NCBI GenBank assembly: GCA_024679065.1
Contig: JAGIQG010000009.1
Span: 64,046,001 to 64,110,000 of the forward strand
Direction of reading: 5' to 3'
Length of the DNA: 64,000 bases
DNA from: Sphyrna mokarran
Taxonomy: Eukaryota
Numbering within the stretch: position 1 is the stretch's first letter; each line of letters opens with the position of its first letter. Under the pieces are notes generated by a model. The model was not told the DNA's origin and searched no databases. It was given only the letters and a program-made list of their open reading frames with translations. A program made the translations under genes and the position numbers. Below are positions 1-13,271 of this stretch, piece after piece.

Positions 1-185
1 AGTGGAATGCCCTGCCTGCAACAGTTGTGGACTCGCCAAGTTTAAGGGCATTCAAATGGTCAGTGGACAGGCATATGGATGACATTGGAATAGTTTAAGT
101 TAGAGGGCCATAAGATTGGTTCCATTGGTTGGTGCAACATCGAGGGCCGAAGGGTCTGTACTGCGCTGTAATGTTCTATGTTCTA
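1..185 (+). mobile_element. 3' end of CR1/HER1-type LINE (cut by window start)
   Basis: WNALP-type ORF2 tail, then gggccgaagggtctgtactgcgctgtaatgttctatgttcta. Same 3' end as the copies at 34385, 42347 and 55518. Confidence 0.8.
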
Positions 186-545
186 GGATACAGCGAGGCC
201 TGGATAGAGTGGACATTGAGAGAATGTTTCCACTGGTAGGAAAAACTATAACCTGAAGTTGTGCCTTCTGATTCAAGGGATGACCCTTTAAAACAAAGAT
301 AAGGAGAAATTTCTTCAGGCAGAGTGTGTGAATCTGTGGAACTCTTTGCCATAGAAAGCTGTGGTGGCCAGGTCACTGAGTGTCTTTAAGACAGAGATAG
401 ATAGGTTATTGATTAATAGGGGGTCAGGGATTCTGGGGAAAAGGTAGAGAATGGGGATGAGAAAAATATCAGCCACGATTGAATGGCGGAGCAGATTCAA
501 TGGGCCAAGTGACCTAATTCTGCTCCTATGTTTTATGGTCTTATA
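186..545 (+). mobile_element. 3' fragment of a second CR1 subfamily
   Basis: Decayed ORF2 C-terminus (gtgaatctgtggaactctttgcca) and tail ctgctcctatgttttatggtctta. Confidence 0.7.
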
Positions 546-787
546 TTGGAGAATGCATCAAGTTACTTTACATATTCAATAATTTTTAAACAGTAATCAC
601 ACCTCTCAAAAGGTTTAGCAAAGAATAGTTAAGATGTAACATACTTGCAAACATTAGAGAGATTATTGAGCAGCCTTGGAATACAGAGTGAAGATATCCT
701 CCTATTTTGAAGATGGTTTTTAGCTTGTATGGTTATGGAATGTTATGCAATTTTTTTAACCGTGCAATGTTTCTTTTTAATTTTAAG

Positions 788-968
788 CATCTGTGGAATA
801 CAGCATTTGGAAAGAGCAGGGAATAACTTGACCCTGTTTGATTCCCTTTACTTCTGCATTGTCACCTTCTCCACTGTGGGATTTGGTGATGTTACACCCC
901 AGATCTGGCCGTCCAAATTGTTAGTAGTCATTATGATCTGCGTTGCCCTTGTGGTGTTGCCTATACAG
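788..968 (+). CDS. KCNT2: Slo2/KCNT2 internal coding exon A: end of S5, pore helix, selectivity filter and S6
   Basis: ttttaAG|C at 786-787 and CAG|GTAAGC at 969; 181 nt. Translates [67 protein letters not shown]+ filter; LFDSLYF and LPIQ match KCNT2 better than KCNT1. Confidence 0.95.
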
Positions 969-1232
969 GTAAGCAGTACAATGCATGGAGAATATTTCAA
1001 AATGATATCCAAAGATTTCCATATTAAAAAGATGGCTTTAATTGACAGCTGTTCTAACTTTTTTTGTTTCTGGTTTACTGAATTTTCAAGTGGTTTGTTA
1101 TTCGTTTCAAATAATTGTATAACTTCATAGATTGTAGATCATTTATTATATTGATTGCAGAACACAGTATTCCAATTTTCAAAAGCAAATATTGATCATA
1201 TCACAAGGAACAATAAATGAGGCCAGATGTAT

Positions 1233-1530
1233 GGCACAATTGCACAGTGGTTAACACTGTTGCCTCACAGTGCCAGGGAGGGGCCAGTGTTTAAGTCCAA
1301 TCTCTGTGTAATGTTTGTGCGTTCTCCCTGTATCTACGTAGGTTTCCACCCACTGTCCAAAGATGCGCCAGTTCAGTGGTTTGGCAAAGCAAAGCTGCCC
1401 CTTATGGTCGGGGAGGGGTGGAGTGAGGGGGGCAGTGAGCAGGGTAAATATGTGAGTTATGGGGATGGGATCAGGATGGGATTGTTGTTGGTGCAGTCTC
1501 GATGGGCCAAATGGTCCCTCTGTTCCTATG
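1233..1530 (+). mobile_element. HE1-like tRNA-derived V-SINE
   Basis: tRNA-like head ggcacaattgcacagtggttaacactgttgcctcacagtgccaggg, V-domain remnant, CR1-like tail gatgggccaaatggtccctctgttcctatg. Confidence 0.75.
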
Positions 1531-1644
1531 AAAAGGTGATTAACATCTATTGTAACCATTTATATAGCCAGGAAATAAAAATATATTCTTTGCAGACAAT
1601 TCGTAGTTGATTTAGAAATTAGTCCACAAATTTTACACACCATA

Positions 1645-1763
1645 GGTGGAATTTTCCAGCTGTTCACGACAATGGGATTTTCTGCTCCCACTGCAATAGA
1701 GCTCCAAATTATCTTCCTCACTTGTAGCAGCCGTAGGGTGTGAATGATTGGAAAATTCTGGCC
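1645..1763. mobile_element. Short MITE-like element with imperfect terminal inverted repeats
   Basis: ggtggaattttccagctgttcac ... gtgaatgattggaaaattctggcc. Similar short elements at ~13385-13511 and ~25587-25696. Confidence 0.5.
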
Positions 1764-2375
1764 GATATTTCCAAAAAGATGACTGAAATAAACTGCTGTA
1801 ATGATACAGTGCCGTATAATTTACATTTTAATCAATAAGTATCTATCAAAAATACATACATTTTGCTTGCTAATTGCTGATTATCTAAATGATATAATTG
1901 TGCATTTTCCTAGCTACATTTGAAGAACTCATTAAGAAATGCAACAAATGTGTCATGAACATATTAATTAAATAGTCTTTTTTCAAATCATTTGTTAGAA
2001 ATCTGAATATAGGATGTGGGTTGAAAATACAATTATTACCTTTGCTTAAAACTCTGTTTGCTCATTCAATATAATGAGACTAAATCACATAACTTATCAT
2101 ATTTACATTCTTTTTATGTTGAACTTCATTGCTTATTTACAATTCCATGATGTACTTACCATTTTCAATAGACTGACTCATGGTTTCCCACTTCCACCAT
2201 TGCTCCCATATCTATTCCTGAATGCCTGAATTTTATAGTCAACCAACTTAAATATAGAAGTGCAGGAGAAAATAATGACGACTGTTAATCTCTGATATAG
2301 TGAAAGAGAAGGTGTCATTTGCAGTCCCTTCAAGAGCGTGATTTACTATTTAGCAATTAACATGTTAAATCTCTC

Positions 2376-2615
2376 CAGTGACCCGGGTTTGATTCCAGCC
2401 TCGGGTCACTGAGTGTGTGGAATTTGCATATTCACTCCATGCCTGTATGGGTTTCCTGCAGGTGCTCCAGTTTTTTTTTCACAGTCAGGTTAGTTTGATT
2501 GCATCTGAATGTTAGGGAGATTAGCAAGATAAATACGTATGATTACAGGGATAGAGCCTGGGTGGGATTTTTGTCAGTGCAGGTTCGATGGGTCAAATGG
2601 TTTCCTTCTGATCTG
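2376..2615 (+). mobile_element. HE1-like V-SINE, 5'-truncated
   Basis: B-box-like gacccgggtttgattcc; V-domain gtgtggaatttgcatattc...gggtttcctgcaggtgctccagttt. Confidence 0.7.
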
Positions 2616-3169
2616 TTTTACTTTTAATTTTGTGAGGTAAATTAGATAACTATGTGAAGAAAATGTATAAAACAACTTACACCATCTGGAACACCCCAAG
2701 GGCAGCAGACACTATGAGCTTTAAGTTTCCTTCCAAATCACACATTGAGTGGAGTTTAATTTTCATATCTTGCTTTGGGCTTGAAGGCGGGAGAATATTT
2801 AATCAAGTGGGAGAGCACTGCATGGGGATGCCCACCAAATCTCAGCTGCTGCCCATTGATGGTCATGGATGCCTTTCCCACCAAATTAATTAAAGCTTAT
2901 TAGTTGGCAATTAAAGCTTGATTAAGGACTTATCCTGCTGCTGCTCATACTCAATTAGTGTCATGGGATTTTTAACTTGCAGGGAGCCCAAAAAAGCAAA
3001 TTCAAAGGCACTCGATGCCTAGAACAAGTTTCCTGGAATCGAGAAATGCCTAATGGGCATTTAGTTCTGGTTGGCCTTCTGCAACGTAGGCAAAGCAGGG
3101 CTCCTGCTGGCTCTAAAGTGGGATGGCCAGATTCCCATTTTATTAAACTCCACTAATCATCTTAACTTG

Positions 3170-3360
3170 GAACTATGTCACTGTTCCTTGGGTCAAAAAT
3201 CTGGAATTCCCTCCCTAACAGCATTGTGGATATACCTACACCACGTAGACTGCAGTGGTTCAAGAAGGCAGCTGGTCACTACTTTCTGAAAGAGCTGGGC
3301 AATAAATGCTGGTCTTTGCATCATCAACACCCACACCTCACAAAGAAACGAAAAATAATT
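3170..3360 (+). mobile_element. 3' end of non-LTR retrotransposon 'family B' (clade not assigned)
   Basis: GSKIWNSLPNSIV...LQWFKKAAGHYFLK then gggcaataaatgctgg. Its reverse complement recurs at 54720-55500. Confidence 0.65.
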
Positions 3361-4089
3361 TGAAATTTTACTTCTTTCTCTGATTTATAGAGTCGCGGAG
3401 CAGGACTTTCTAGGCGACTTTCCCGCCATTCAGAGTGGGCTCAGAACATATTCCTGCTAATGATCGCAGCCCCCCCCCCCCCCCCCACCCCCCGCCTCAA
3501 ACCAGTCATTTAACGCTCTATGGAGTAATGGTTGGAGGCAGGTCTTCCAACCCTTACTTGGATAGAGGTCCCACTTCAGAGAGTCACTCTCTGAACACTT
3601 CAGAGAGTGTTCAGTATAAGGAGTACATGCAGTTGCTAGATTCTAGATCCTGGAGTCCAGAATAGAATGGCGGGGGAATGCAGGCCATGTGGAGAGTACG
3701 GTGGGTGAGTGCCCTATGTGAAAAAGGTAATATTTTGTGGAGGCATGGCAAGAAGACAAATACATAGATTCTGAAGAGTCTTATTTAGAGCAAGGGCAAG
3801 CTGGCTGCTCTAGACCTTTCCCATCTCAAGTCAGATTGCAGACAGGTCCGGGATAAGCTGATGTGAGGGTTGGGGGACAGGTCATGCTGGGAATTCCATG
3901 GGCCTCCCCAAGTCTGCAACTTGCTGGTGGAGGAACCATACAATTTTTCCCATTGAAACAAATCCAAAATTGAAAACTTCAGAGTGGAGGATAAATTATT
4001 CTATACAGTTTTTCACATTTACAACTGCATTTGAAAAATTAATTTTAAAAATTTTATTCTAATTAATCAGCTCAGTGTTTGTTCTGAGT

Positions 4090-4470
4090 TCAGTGGTAAA
4101 ATGGTAATGTTACTAGCTGAGTAATTCAAAGACCTGGACTAATAATCGAATTTCCCAGTGGCAGCTGAAGAATCTGAATTCATATTTAAAAGAAAATCTT
4201 GAAATAAAAAAGTAATATCTGTAAAAGTGACCATGCTGCTGTCAGATTGTTGTCAAAACACAAATGATCCACTCATAGCCTTTGCAGAAAACAATCTGTC
4301 ACTCTTGTCCAATCTCACCTATATGCTATTTCAGTTCCATGTGAATGGTTCTCTGAAGTGACCTTGTAAATCATTCCATTGCATCAAACTAGCTACAATT
4401 GCTTGAAAATGGACCACCAGTAAGTGCCAGCTTTGCCAGTGTTGCCAACATCCTGAGAATCAATTGCTTT
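4090..4470 (+). mobile_element. tRNA-head SINE sharing head and tail with family B LINE
   Basis: Head similar to 24190-24480 and to the reverse complement of 16320-16575; tail gccagtgttgccaacatcctgagaat. Confidence 0.55.
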
Positions 4471-6199
4471 TTAAAATGTAACACTGCTAAGTGTTATATT
4501 TCTTTCATATTTATAGATCAGCCATTAAAAATGAAATGCATTATGATGCAATTTTTCAGATTCCTGTTAGTGCCATATAAAAGTTACTCGTGTCAATTGA
4601 TTTGCGTTATCATTTTAATGTTGAAGGTGTAAGGTTTCTGCTAATGCCTACATTGAGTTACGGATGGAACAAGGCCAAGAGAGGCTGGTACAAGTTTGCC
4701 TTCCTAATTGTATTATTTTGTAATCACAGTTGCTTTATTTTCCCAAAAGAAAGGAAGGCAGAGATAATGGTAATAGTGACCCCTGTCTATAATCTAGAAA
4801 AATGAATTGATCTCATTGGACCAGGATAGTTTGTTCTCTGATGCACTCCATCTTATTTTCTCTGTTGTTCTTGACTGACAAAAGCCTGGAGAATAAGAGC
4901 TAGAATCTGTCTTATGTCTTTCCCTCCAGTGGTTTCTCAGCTTTCCCAACATTCTGCCACTGAAAGAATTTAGGCTGATGGGGATAATCCAGGTGGGAAG
5001 TTGGAAGACTCAATTTTACCAGCTTCCAGCCCACTTTATGCCCTCTAATTAATTCCTAACATGGTTTCTTGTTAATGGTGCAGTGTCTTTCATTGGGAGG
5101 GGACTTTTAAGGCAAAATAAAATGAGTTGAAAATTTAAATACTATAATAAGGCTGCAAGCATCATTGATAATCTACTTTTCAACTTTGGCTGCTGATGTC
5201 TCAGTTTCACAAGCACAGGAACCGAGATCTTCACTAAGATAAGGATTTGGTAGATTCAGGTGGTGAGCGTCCCACTTCCAGAATCCAGGTGCCTATCTAG
5301 GGAAACTTTCCGCGTTTCTCCACACTCCTGCTCTACTGCCCCCTCCTGATCAAACACCTCTCATTCATCCATTCTACAGCACACACACATCCCTCCCTCC
5401 CCCCTGGTGCCTCAGTGCAGAATTACGTGCTCCTCAAGCCTTCACTGTATAGCTGGCTATCCAACTGGTGGCTCAGCTTGTCATCTCTGGGTTGAGATCT
5501 AATCGCTGAGTTAGGAACATGCAATGGAGGGCTCTGGGGATCCCTGAATTGTGGATTCCCAACCTAGATATTCTGACCGATTCACTCAGTCTGGATCAGG
5601 TCAGTAAAAATTCAACGTAGAATGCCTGTAACATTCACTTCCCAGAAAAAATCCATTCTAATCAGCAAGTGATGGAGGATGCAGTCAAATCACTTTTTTT
5701 TGCTAGACTCCTGAAATGTTTTAAGTTTGCCAATTCAAATTAACTGTTGAAGGTCAGTGTGTTCATGCCTGTTGGGAACTATTCCCTTAAACAGCACCAT
5801 TTGTTTTCTTTATGCTGCCTCTTATCTTTCCTCAACCAGCACAACGGAACAATTCCAAAATAAAATATAATCCAGGTGTAAAGTACTCTCAGAGATAGCA
5901 TTAAAAACCCTCTGCTTTGCTAATAAATTAATTGCACGTGCTATGAAATTCCTCTCTGCTTTGCTCTGACAGGCATGCATATAGTACTCTGATAGATCAT
6001 ACATCAAACTATAAATAAGATATTTAATGTGGGAAGTTCATTGTTGTAGGGTTTCTTATGGAGGTCTGTTGTTGCTTTGTTGAGATGTGAGGCACTGCTG
6101 GGTGCTTATAGCATGTCAGTTATGAAGACTTATGGAATATCTTCCTCTAAATTGGCTGCCCTTAGAAATGTGTCACCATCTCTCTGGGTATGAGATGCA

Positions 6200-6740
6200 A
6201 GTTGTGATCCTTACCAGTGGAATCACAACAAATCCTATCTTGGTGCAAACTGGTGTCAGACTTCTCTGGCACCGTTTCCCTTACTACAATACTGTATCTC
6301 ATTTCTAGATAATCTAATGAATAAATCAAACACCACTGTTAAATCCAAAACCAAAGTCACTTCATCTCAGCTGGGACTCCAATATGCAAGCACTGCTTGA
6401 GTGTGCACTCACTCAAAAACTGAGCTCCAGGTCATTGTCAACTCCTTCAATGGATCATATGAGAAAATGGGCCTTTCACTAAACACCTGGAAAGCTAAAT
6501 TTCTCTTCCACCAGTTCCCACAGTAAAACGCTTCCTGTCATTGATTAAGATCAATAGCAAACCCATGGAAAACGTGGAACATTTTCCATAATTTGGAAGC
6601 TTCTTGTCAAAGAAGGCAGACATAGACAACAAAATCCATCATCGCCTCAAAATTGCCAGCACAATCTCTGGCTAATCAAAGGGGAAGAGTATTTATGGAT
6701 CAAAATCTGAAATCCAAGGCTAAGGTCATTGTTTAAATCC
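6200..6740 (+). mobile_element. Decayed RTE-clade LINE reverse transcriptase fragment
   Basis: Hand translation with stops/frameshifts: LQVIVNSFNGSYEKMGLSLNTWKAK...MENVEHFP*FGSFLSKKADIDNKIHHRLKIAS, typical of the RTE RT C-terminal part. Confidence 0.65.
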
Positions 6741-8230
6741 ATGTACCTAAATTTTGCTAAGGAGTCTACTATGTGGTACTTCAAAGTACGGACAACCAAC
6801 CTGCTTCCAAGAGAGGCAATTTAAATATAACAAACTGTGCCTAATATGCAACTACTTTAAATTTAATTTTGATTGAGCAAATTTCTGAGCCTTGGGGAGC
6901 TAAGCTCCTGATGGGGGACAAGGATTGCTGCATTCAGTGCTTTTCCGTTTATCTGCTGGATCCAGCTTATCTCCTTCACCAACCCGCCATGAGAGAATGA
7001 TCTCCCCTCAGCCATTCCAGTCTCTTTTATACCTTGTAGATTTGCTTCTGACTACAATCTTCCTAACCCAAGTCTTTGATCTCCCTCTCCCTGGCCTTCT
7101 ATCTTCCTTCCGTGCACTGATCTCCCCAGACCTGGCCTCCAACTGACATTTTGATTTTCCAGTCTCGCTGACCCAAGTCTCTGATTTTCCCAAGCCAGCA
7201 TCCTGTGATCTTGCTCATGACATCTGATCTCCCTGACCTCACCAGTTTTAGTTATGATCCATTCAGATAAGAGGTTATCACCTGAATGTTTCTCTCAGTA
7301 GAGCAGGAAGATCTGCTGAGTATTTCAGCATTTTCTCCTCTTTTATCAGCACCTAATCACATTAGTACATTCCAACGTGCAACAAACAAGCAAGACAAAA
7401 GAAATAAATCCCTTCATTTTTAGTTTTTTACTTTTATAGAAAGCAAAATAAATGATCAGGACACACATGTGACATTAAGATGGAAGCTAAAACATCAGAA
7501 AACACTTGTGGAGTGGGGTGATGGGGAGTGTTGTTTGAAAATAAGTGGCATTTCTGATCTGAAGGAGAAATTTGATGTTCGACATATATAAAATCACTTT
7601 TTCAGGTATAGCAGTAATTATGAAGTTAGTACACCATTAACAACATCACAAAGTGCAATTTTTCAAGTGTTTTTGCAGTGAGACGAAGAGCGTAGGAGTG
7701 GAAGTTCTCATTAGTTCAGTCATTTCTAATTGATTGCATTCTGAACAATCCTCAACAGCGCACTTCCGGAGAAGTATAGCATTACTGACAGCAGCTTCTA
7801 GATTTCGACATTTAACAGCGTATATGCCAAAAGTTTTTACCCTTTACAGAGGAATAATTTATGATCATTTCTACAGCAATACCTGGGGCTGAATACTGTG
7901 TGAAGTCATATTTAGGCCAGTCCTGGTAGGGTGGCAAGATTCTTTCCTGTTGAAGATTAGTGAATCAGTTGGGATTTTACAACAAGTTAGCCCACATATG
8001 ACAAGATTTACTGAATTCAATCTCTCAACTTTGTAGATTTTAACATAGCAATTTCTGGGCTGCTTTTGGAGCATGATTAGCACATACAGTACCTAATTAT
8101 AGATATTAATCTAGCCCAGAATGCACCTATCTGCTGGTCACAGATTGGCAAGATTGAAATGGGTTTCAGTAATTTCACGCTAGTTAATGTGCATAGTGGC
8201 GTTGCAAAAAAACTTTCCTGAATTTGAAAC

Positions 8231-8503
8231 CGCTGTCTCACAGCGCCCAGAACCCAGGTTCAATTCTTGTCTTGGGTGAATGTGTGGAATTTGCACATTC
8301 TTCCTGTGTCTACATGGGCTTCCTCTGAATGTTCCAGTTTTCATCCAAAGTTCAAAAACATGCAGATTAGATGAATTGGTCATGCAAAATTGCCCGTCAA
8401 TGTCAGGATGATTAGTAGGGTAAATAGGGAGTTATGGGGATAGGGCCTGGGTGGGATTATTGTTGGTGCAGGCTCAGAGAGTCAAATGGCCTCCTTCTAT
8501 GAT
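8231..8503 (+). mobile_element. HE1-like V-SINE
   Basis: cacagcgcccagaacccaggttcaattc, V-domain, gggatagggcctgggtgggattattgttggtgcaggctc tail. Confidence 0.75.
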
Positions 8504-10108
8504 TTTACCCAAGATTTTGGTTATGAGTGCAGCATTTGAAATTCAGAGACTTTTCTCTGAAGTAGGGGGGAATTTTACCCCTCCATTGCTCCTATGTTGC
8601 AGAAGTCATAATGCATTTCTGTTTTTATTTCTGCAATCATTATTATATATTTCTTTGTTATGCTAGGTTCTGATGTAAATATCTTGATGCAGACTGCTGG
8701 TTTGGCTTTATTTAGCATCAACCATTATTTTGACAACCTCAGCTGACTGTAAGCAATAAGTTTAATTTATATCCTTCGGCAATTTTCTATCTGATATCGG
8801 AGTTGACTTTACCAGCTCAACAACTGGCTGTCCTTAAGGATGACTGGTGTGTTTGATGAAAAGCATATATGGATAAATATGGTTGTAGCAACGCTGAACA
8901 TTGCTAATTTGTTTATGTCCCTGTTTATATATTTGTAAAGTTTATTCAGGCAGCAAAATTGTCCATCAAATCCCAGTGTCTGATACAATAAATGTAGACA
9001 AATATGATCAGTGGTGAGAGGATTGTGTAATGCAAACTTCCAAAGCCCATGTTGGCTCGCTGTCAAAGTAAATGCCGTGCATTGAGGAGTGAAAATCTGC
9101 TTTCCACTCCAGGGACCATCCCCACAGGATGTATTACAGCATGCACATACGGAGATTGAGGAAAGCAGCTTGTTTTTGGGCTTAATTATTATAACTATCA
9201 AGCTCCTAGGATCAGTGATATCTATTAGTTACAGGCGTCCTTGCAACAAATGGCGCACCTCCCTTCATATCACCTGACCTGGAATCTGTCCTCTGTAAAT
9301 GTGGATGGGAGGTTGTTGACTGGTGGGTGCAGAATGTCACTGAATCCTTCCATTGCATCTCTTATTCCATTAAATAAGCATAAAAAGGAGAAGCACATTG
9401 GGAAATACATTGCTCCACAATTGTGGTTCATCAGAATATGGTAATGCCAGAGTATTTGGAACCCTAAGTAGTAAAATGAAAGCAAGAGGGGAGCAGAAAA
9501 TTAAAAAAAAGTCAGCAAAATTACCACAAAAATCTTCCTTCAGGGCTTTTTAGAAATAGTTCTGTATACAGCACTCTTACAGTCCTGGGTTGCCTTTTTT
9601 CATGTACATCAAGCTGACTGAATTCTATTCTGGCATAAACAGCAGGAAGTTATATTGACAGCTAACTAACATCTACAGAGTCTAATCTTATTGCATTTGA
9701 TGGCAAACTTTGACATAATTATAAAACCAAACCAGCGAATTGGATGAGTCAGTATATGGATGAAAATTGGCATAAGCAATCTTCTACCTATTTGTATCTC
9801 GATTACGTGCACTTTTCTCCCACTAATTGGATGTAGATGATTGGAAAATCTTCCCTCTGAATTGTTTGCATTGTAGAAATTAATCAAAAGAACCTTGCAA
9901 GACTTTATATTCCTCTTCGTGTAACATGTATGAAAACTGCAAATTTTGGATTTGAAGTGCACATCAATACATGAACAATATTCTGGATTAGTTGCAGTAA
10001 TATAAAGTAAAAGAAATCTGACCATCTTGATTTTCTGTCCACAGTAATCATATGCTATGTGTTTTTATTTTGCTTGTGCATGTTCGTAAGTAATGTTTTG
10101 TCCTGTAG

Positions 10109-10411
<303 letters not shown>

Positions 10412-11197
10412 TAGTACAGGTTTATATTTTTACTAATCACAATCAAAGATTTCTTGGTTTTAATTAATTAAATAATAAGAAATGCTTTTATGTTTTTGAA
10501 GCAGTTCTTTTTTAGTTCTTTTCGAGCATGCTAGTATTCAAATTTATTATACTTAATTAGCCATTCATGTTTTTGAGAAGATTTAACAGCAAACGCATTT
10601 ATGAAAATGCTACTAATTGCTCAACAGCTCAGTAAAATATTGCACAAACAAATTTAGATTTCGGTAAATTTTCAACTGATTAAAGATCATCTGCATGATT
10701 TTCCATTTAGAGATTATTTTTTCACATTTACTACCATGCAAGGAATCATTATCTTGACTATATATGCAATTTTAGTCTCATTTACACAGCTGGTATTGAC
10801 TTGAGCAGATTTTAAAGGACAGTAACTCTTTCACATACCAATTAATAGGCAAGTGAATCCAATTAATTTCAGGAAGGCTGCATCTTCTAGTAATTTTGTG
10901 GCGCATGAATCTGGGATGTAAGTCACACTAAAATCAGAACTTAACCTTTCCATTAGTAGTGAATAAAGCTCAATTCTTATTATCAAAGATACTGAATATC
11001 AGAGAAGGTCTGTTTGGAAGCATCAAGAATTAATACATGTGCCTGCCACATGTGATGTTGAACACTGTTTTATGTCCAAAGTAAGTCCTTTGGACATTTT
11101 AAAAGAAGCATTTCAACATAAACAAAAAGGCTTGCAATAGACATCCATTTCTATAACAGAGCAGCACACCTAAATCAAAATAGCTCAGTAGTCATGA

Positions 11198-11572
11198 TGT
11201 TGTTAAATTGATCCAAGCCACGATGCAGTACAAAACAAGACACAATACTTTTTCTTGATAGTGGGTTTATTCACACGATACAGTCTTACAGATCTGTCTC
11301 CTAAATATAACCTTAGTGTCTCAGCTGACTTTTATGATTTTTTTTGATATCCATCAAATAAATTAAAGTAATTGAAAGCTGCTTAAAGGCACTATGTAAC
11401 AATAAAAAAAATTTGAAAGGAAACTTAATAAACCAAACTGTAATGTTGTTTCAATGCACTCCAGCACTACAACACCTACTGATAGCGGAAGGCCTCTCGC
11501 ATAATGACAGTTTTATATGTTATACCAGTCATTAAATAAACAGTGCCCATCACCTATGTATCTTTAACAACA
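11198..11572 (-). mobile_element. Putative solo LTR
   Basis: Perfect 10-bp terminal inverted repeat TGTTGTTAAA...TTTAACAACA with TG...CA ends; AATAAA on the - strand near 11266. No TSD visible. Confidence 0.45.
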
Positions 11573-12088
11573 TAATCAATAGACCATTAACAAATATGTA
11601 GGATGCATAAATGTGACATTGATTTGAGGAGTTGTTTGCAATTTTGAGAGAGATGTATGATATCTAGACATTTTCTGAGATGCAAGGAAAGTAGATACCC
11701 GTTATTTCATTATTATCAAAGAGGCTAATTTTCCTTTCAGAATTGCTATTAGTTATGGTAATATAACACTTGGTCAATTTACACTATGAATATAAAGGCA
11801 GTAAAGTCTCGAACATATATGGGGCATCCAGTACCAACTATAAGATTATTGTTGCCTTTACTTTGCTATGCATTATAAATCTGGATTTAAATTATTGTTA
11901 ATAATGACAATATTTCTGTACTAATAAATTGTAAAAATTAAGTACAAATAACTATCAATAATGGAAGCATATTAACAAGTGTACCAGTTGTAACTGAGGA
12001 AGAAACAGGACATATATTACATCCATATGGTTACATGTATAAGGAGCCTTTTTTCCTTTGGCTAATTTATTTACATTTCATTTCTTAA

Positions 12089-12247
<159 letters not shown>

Positions 12248-12957
12248 TAAAAGTAACAGTTTCAGTCAGGAAAAGATTGCTGTTTCACCAGTCCACCTAT
12301 CCATGGTATTTAATTGATGCACCCTGAATCACTTTCAATCCTGTTCAATGGCCAGACACAGTCATTTCTTGAAACCCATTAGTTTTTCATGTTCTGCAAA
12401 CTATGTTGGCAATCTGCTTCACATACTGAACCAATCTATTAGTGAAAAAGACGTCCTATATTTCCCAACTTCATCTGCTCCCTTTTAATGTAATTTGTGC
12501 TTGCTCAGATCTAGTTTACCAAACTTTTTGTAATTTTAAAAAATTCCGTCAAATTCTTGCTCAATCTTTCTTCAAGAGTGAATTTCTGCTCATCTGATTG
12601 GATAAACTATACGTAAAATCAGAAGAGGGGGAAATGTTGGTGAGGTAAAGTTGTGTGTTGTCAGCACACGTGTGTGCTTCTGGATAATACAACTGAGAGG
12701 CTGAATGTAAATGAGAAGTAGAATTGTCTAGGCCTTGATATACAAGATATTAGATCTAGTATATCAAGAATCCCAACAAGTTACTCATTCAAGACTCCTC
12801 ACTCTCTAAATTTCACTAAATCTGTGTGAACATTTTGCTGGAGGTTATGCCCATGATCTGATATTCTATAGCACATCATTCAATTGGAATGGTGTTTTAA
12901 CTTTTTGAGGACTGCGAATTGGGATTGGTGATGGTGATGAATGTAACTGTGTAACTT

Positions 12958-13271
12958 AGACAGTCCCCTACAGTACAGAGGGAGGCCATTCAGCCTATCG
13001 AGTCTGCACCAACTACAATCCTACCCAGACCCTATTCCTGTAATCCTGTAATTCCTGTAATACTCTGGTAATTCCTGGACACTGGGGTCAACTTAATCTG
13101 GCCAATCAACCTAACCTGCACATCTTTGGACTCTGGAGAGAACCTGAACACCTGGAGAAAACCCACACAGACACAGGGAGAATGTGCAAACTCCACACAG
13201 GCAGTGACCCAAGGCTAGCATTGAACCCAGGTCCCTGGCACTGTGAAGCAGCAGTGCTAACTACTGTGCCA
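12958..13271 (-). mobile_element. HE1-like V-SINE
   Basis: Reverse complement has a full tRNA-like head (ggcacagtagttagcactgctgcttcacagtgccagggacctgggttcaatgc), V-domain and CR1-like tail. Confidence 0.8.

Noticed and set aside
729-1130. 133-aa ORF read as a standalone small K+ channel
   Set aside because: Only 788-968 is channel-like and it is bounded by AG/GT; the flanks are intron read-through.
1233-1300. tRNA-like sequences at SINE heads
   Set aside because: Degenerate, no full cloverleaf, and attached to SINE bodies; not tRNA genes.
8809-10025. 130-aa and 119-aa antisense ORFs
   Set aside because: No recognisable motifs or splice context; lengths are compatible with chance in 64 kb.
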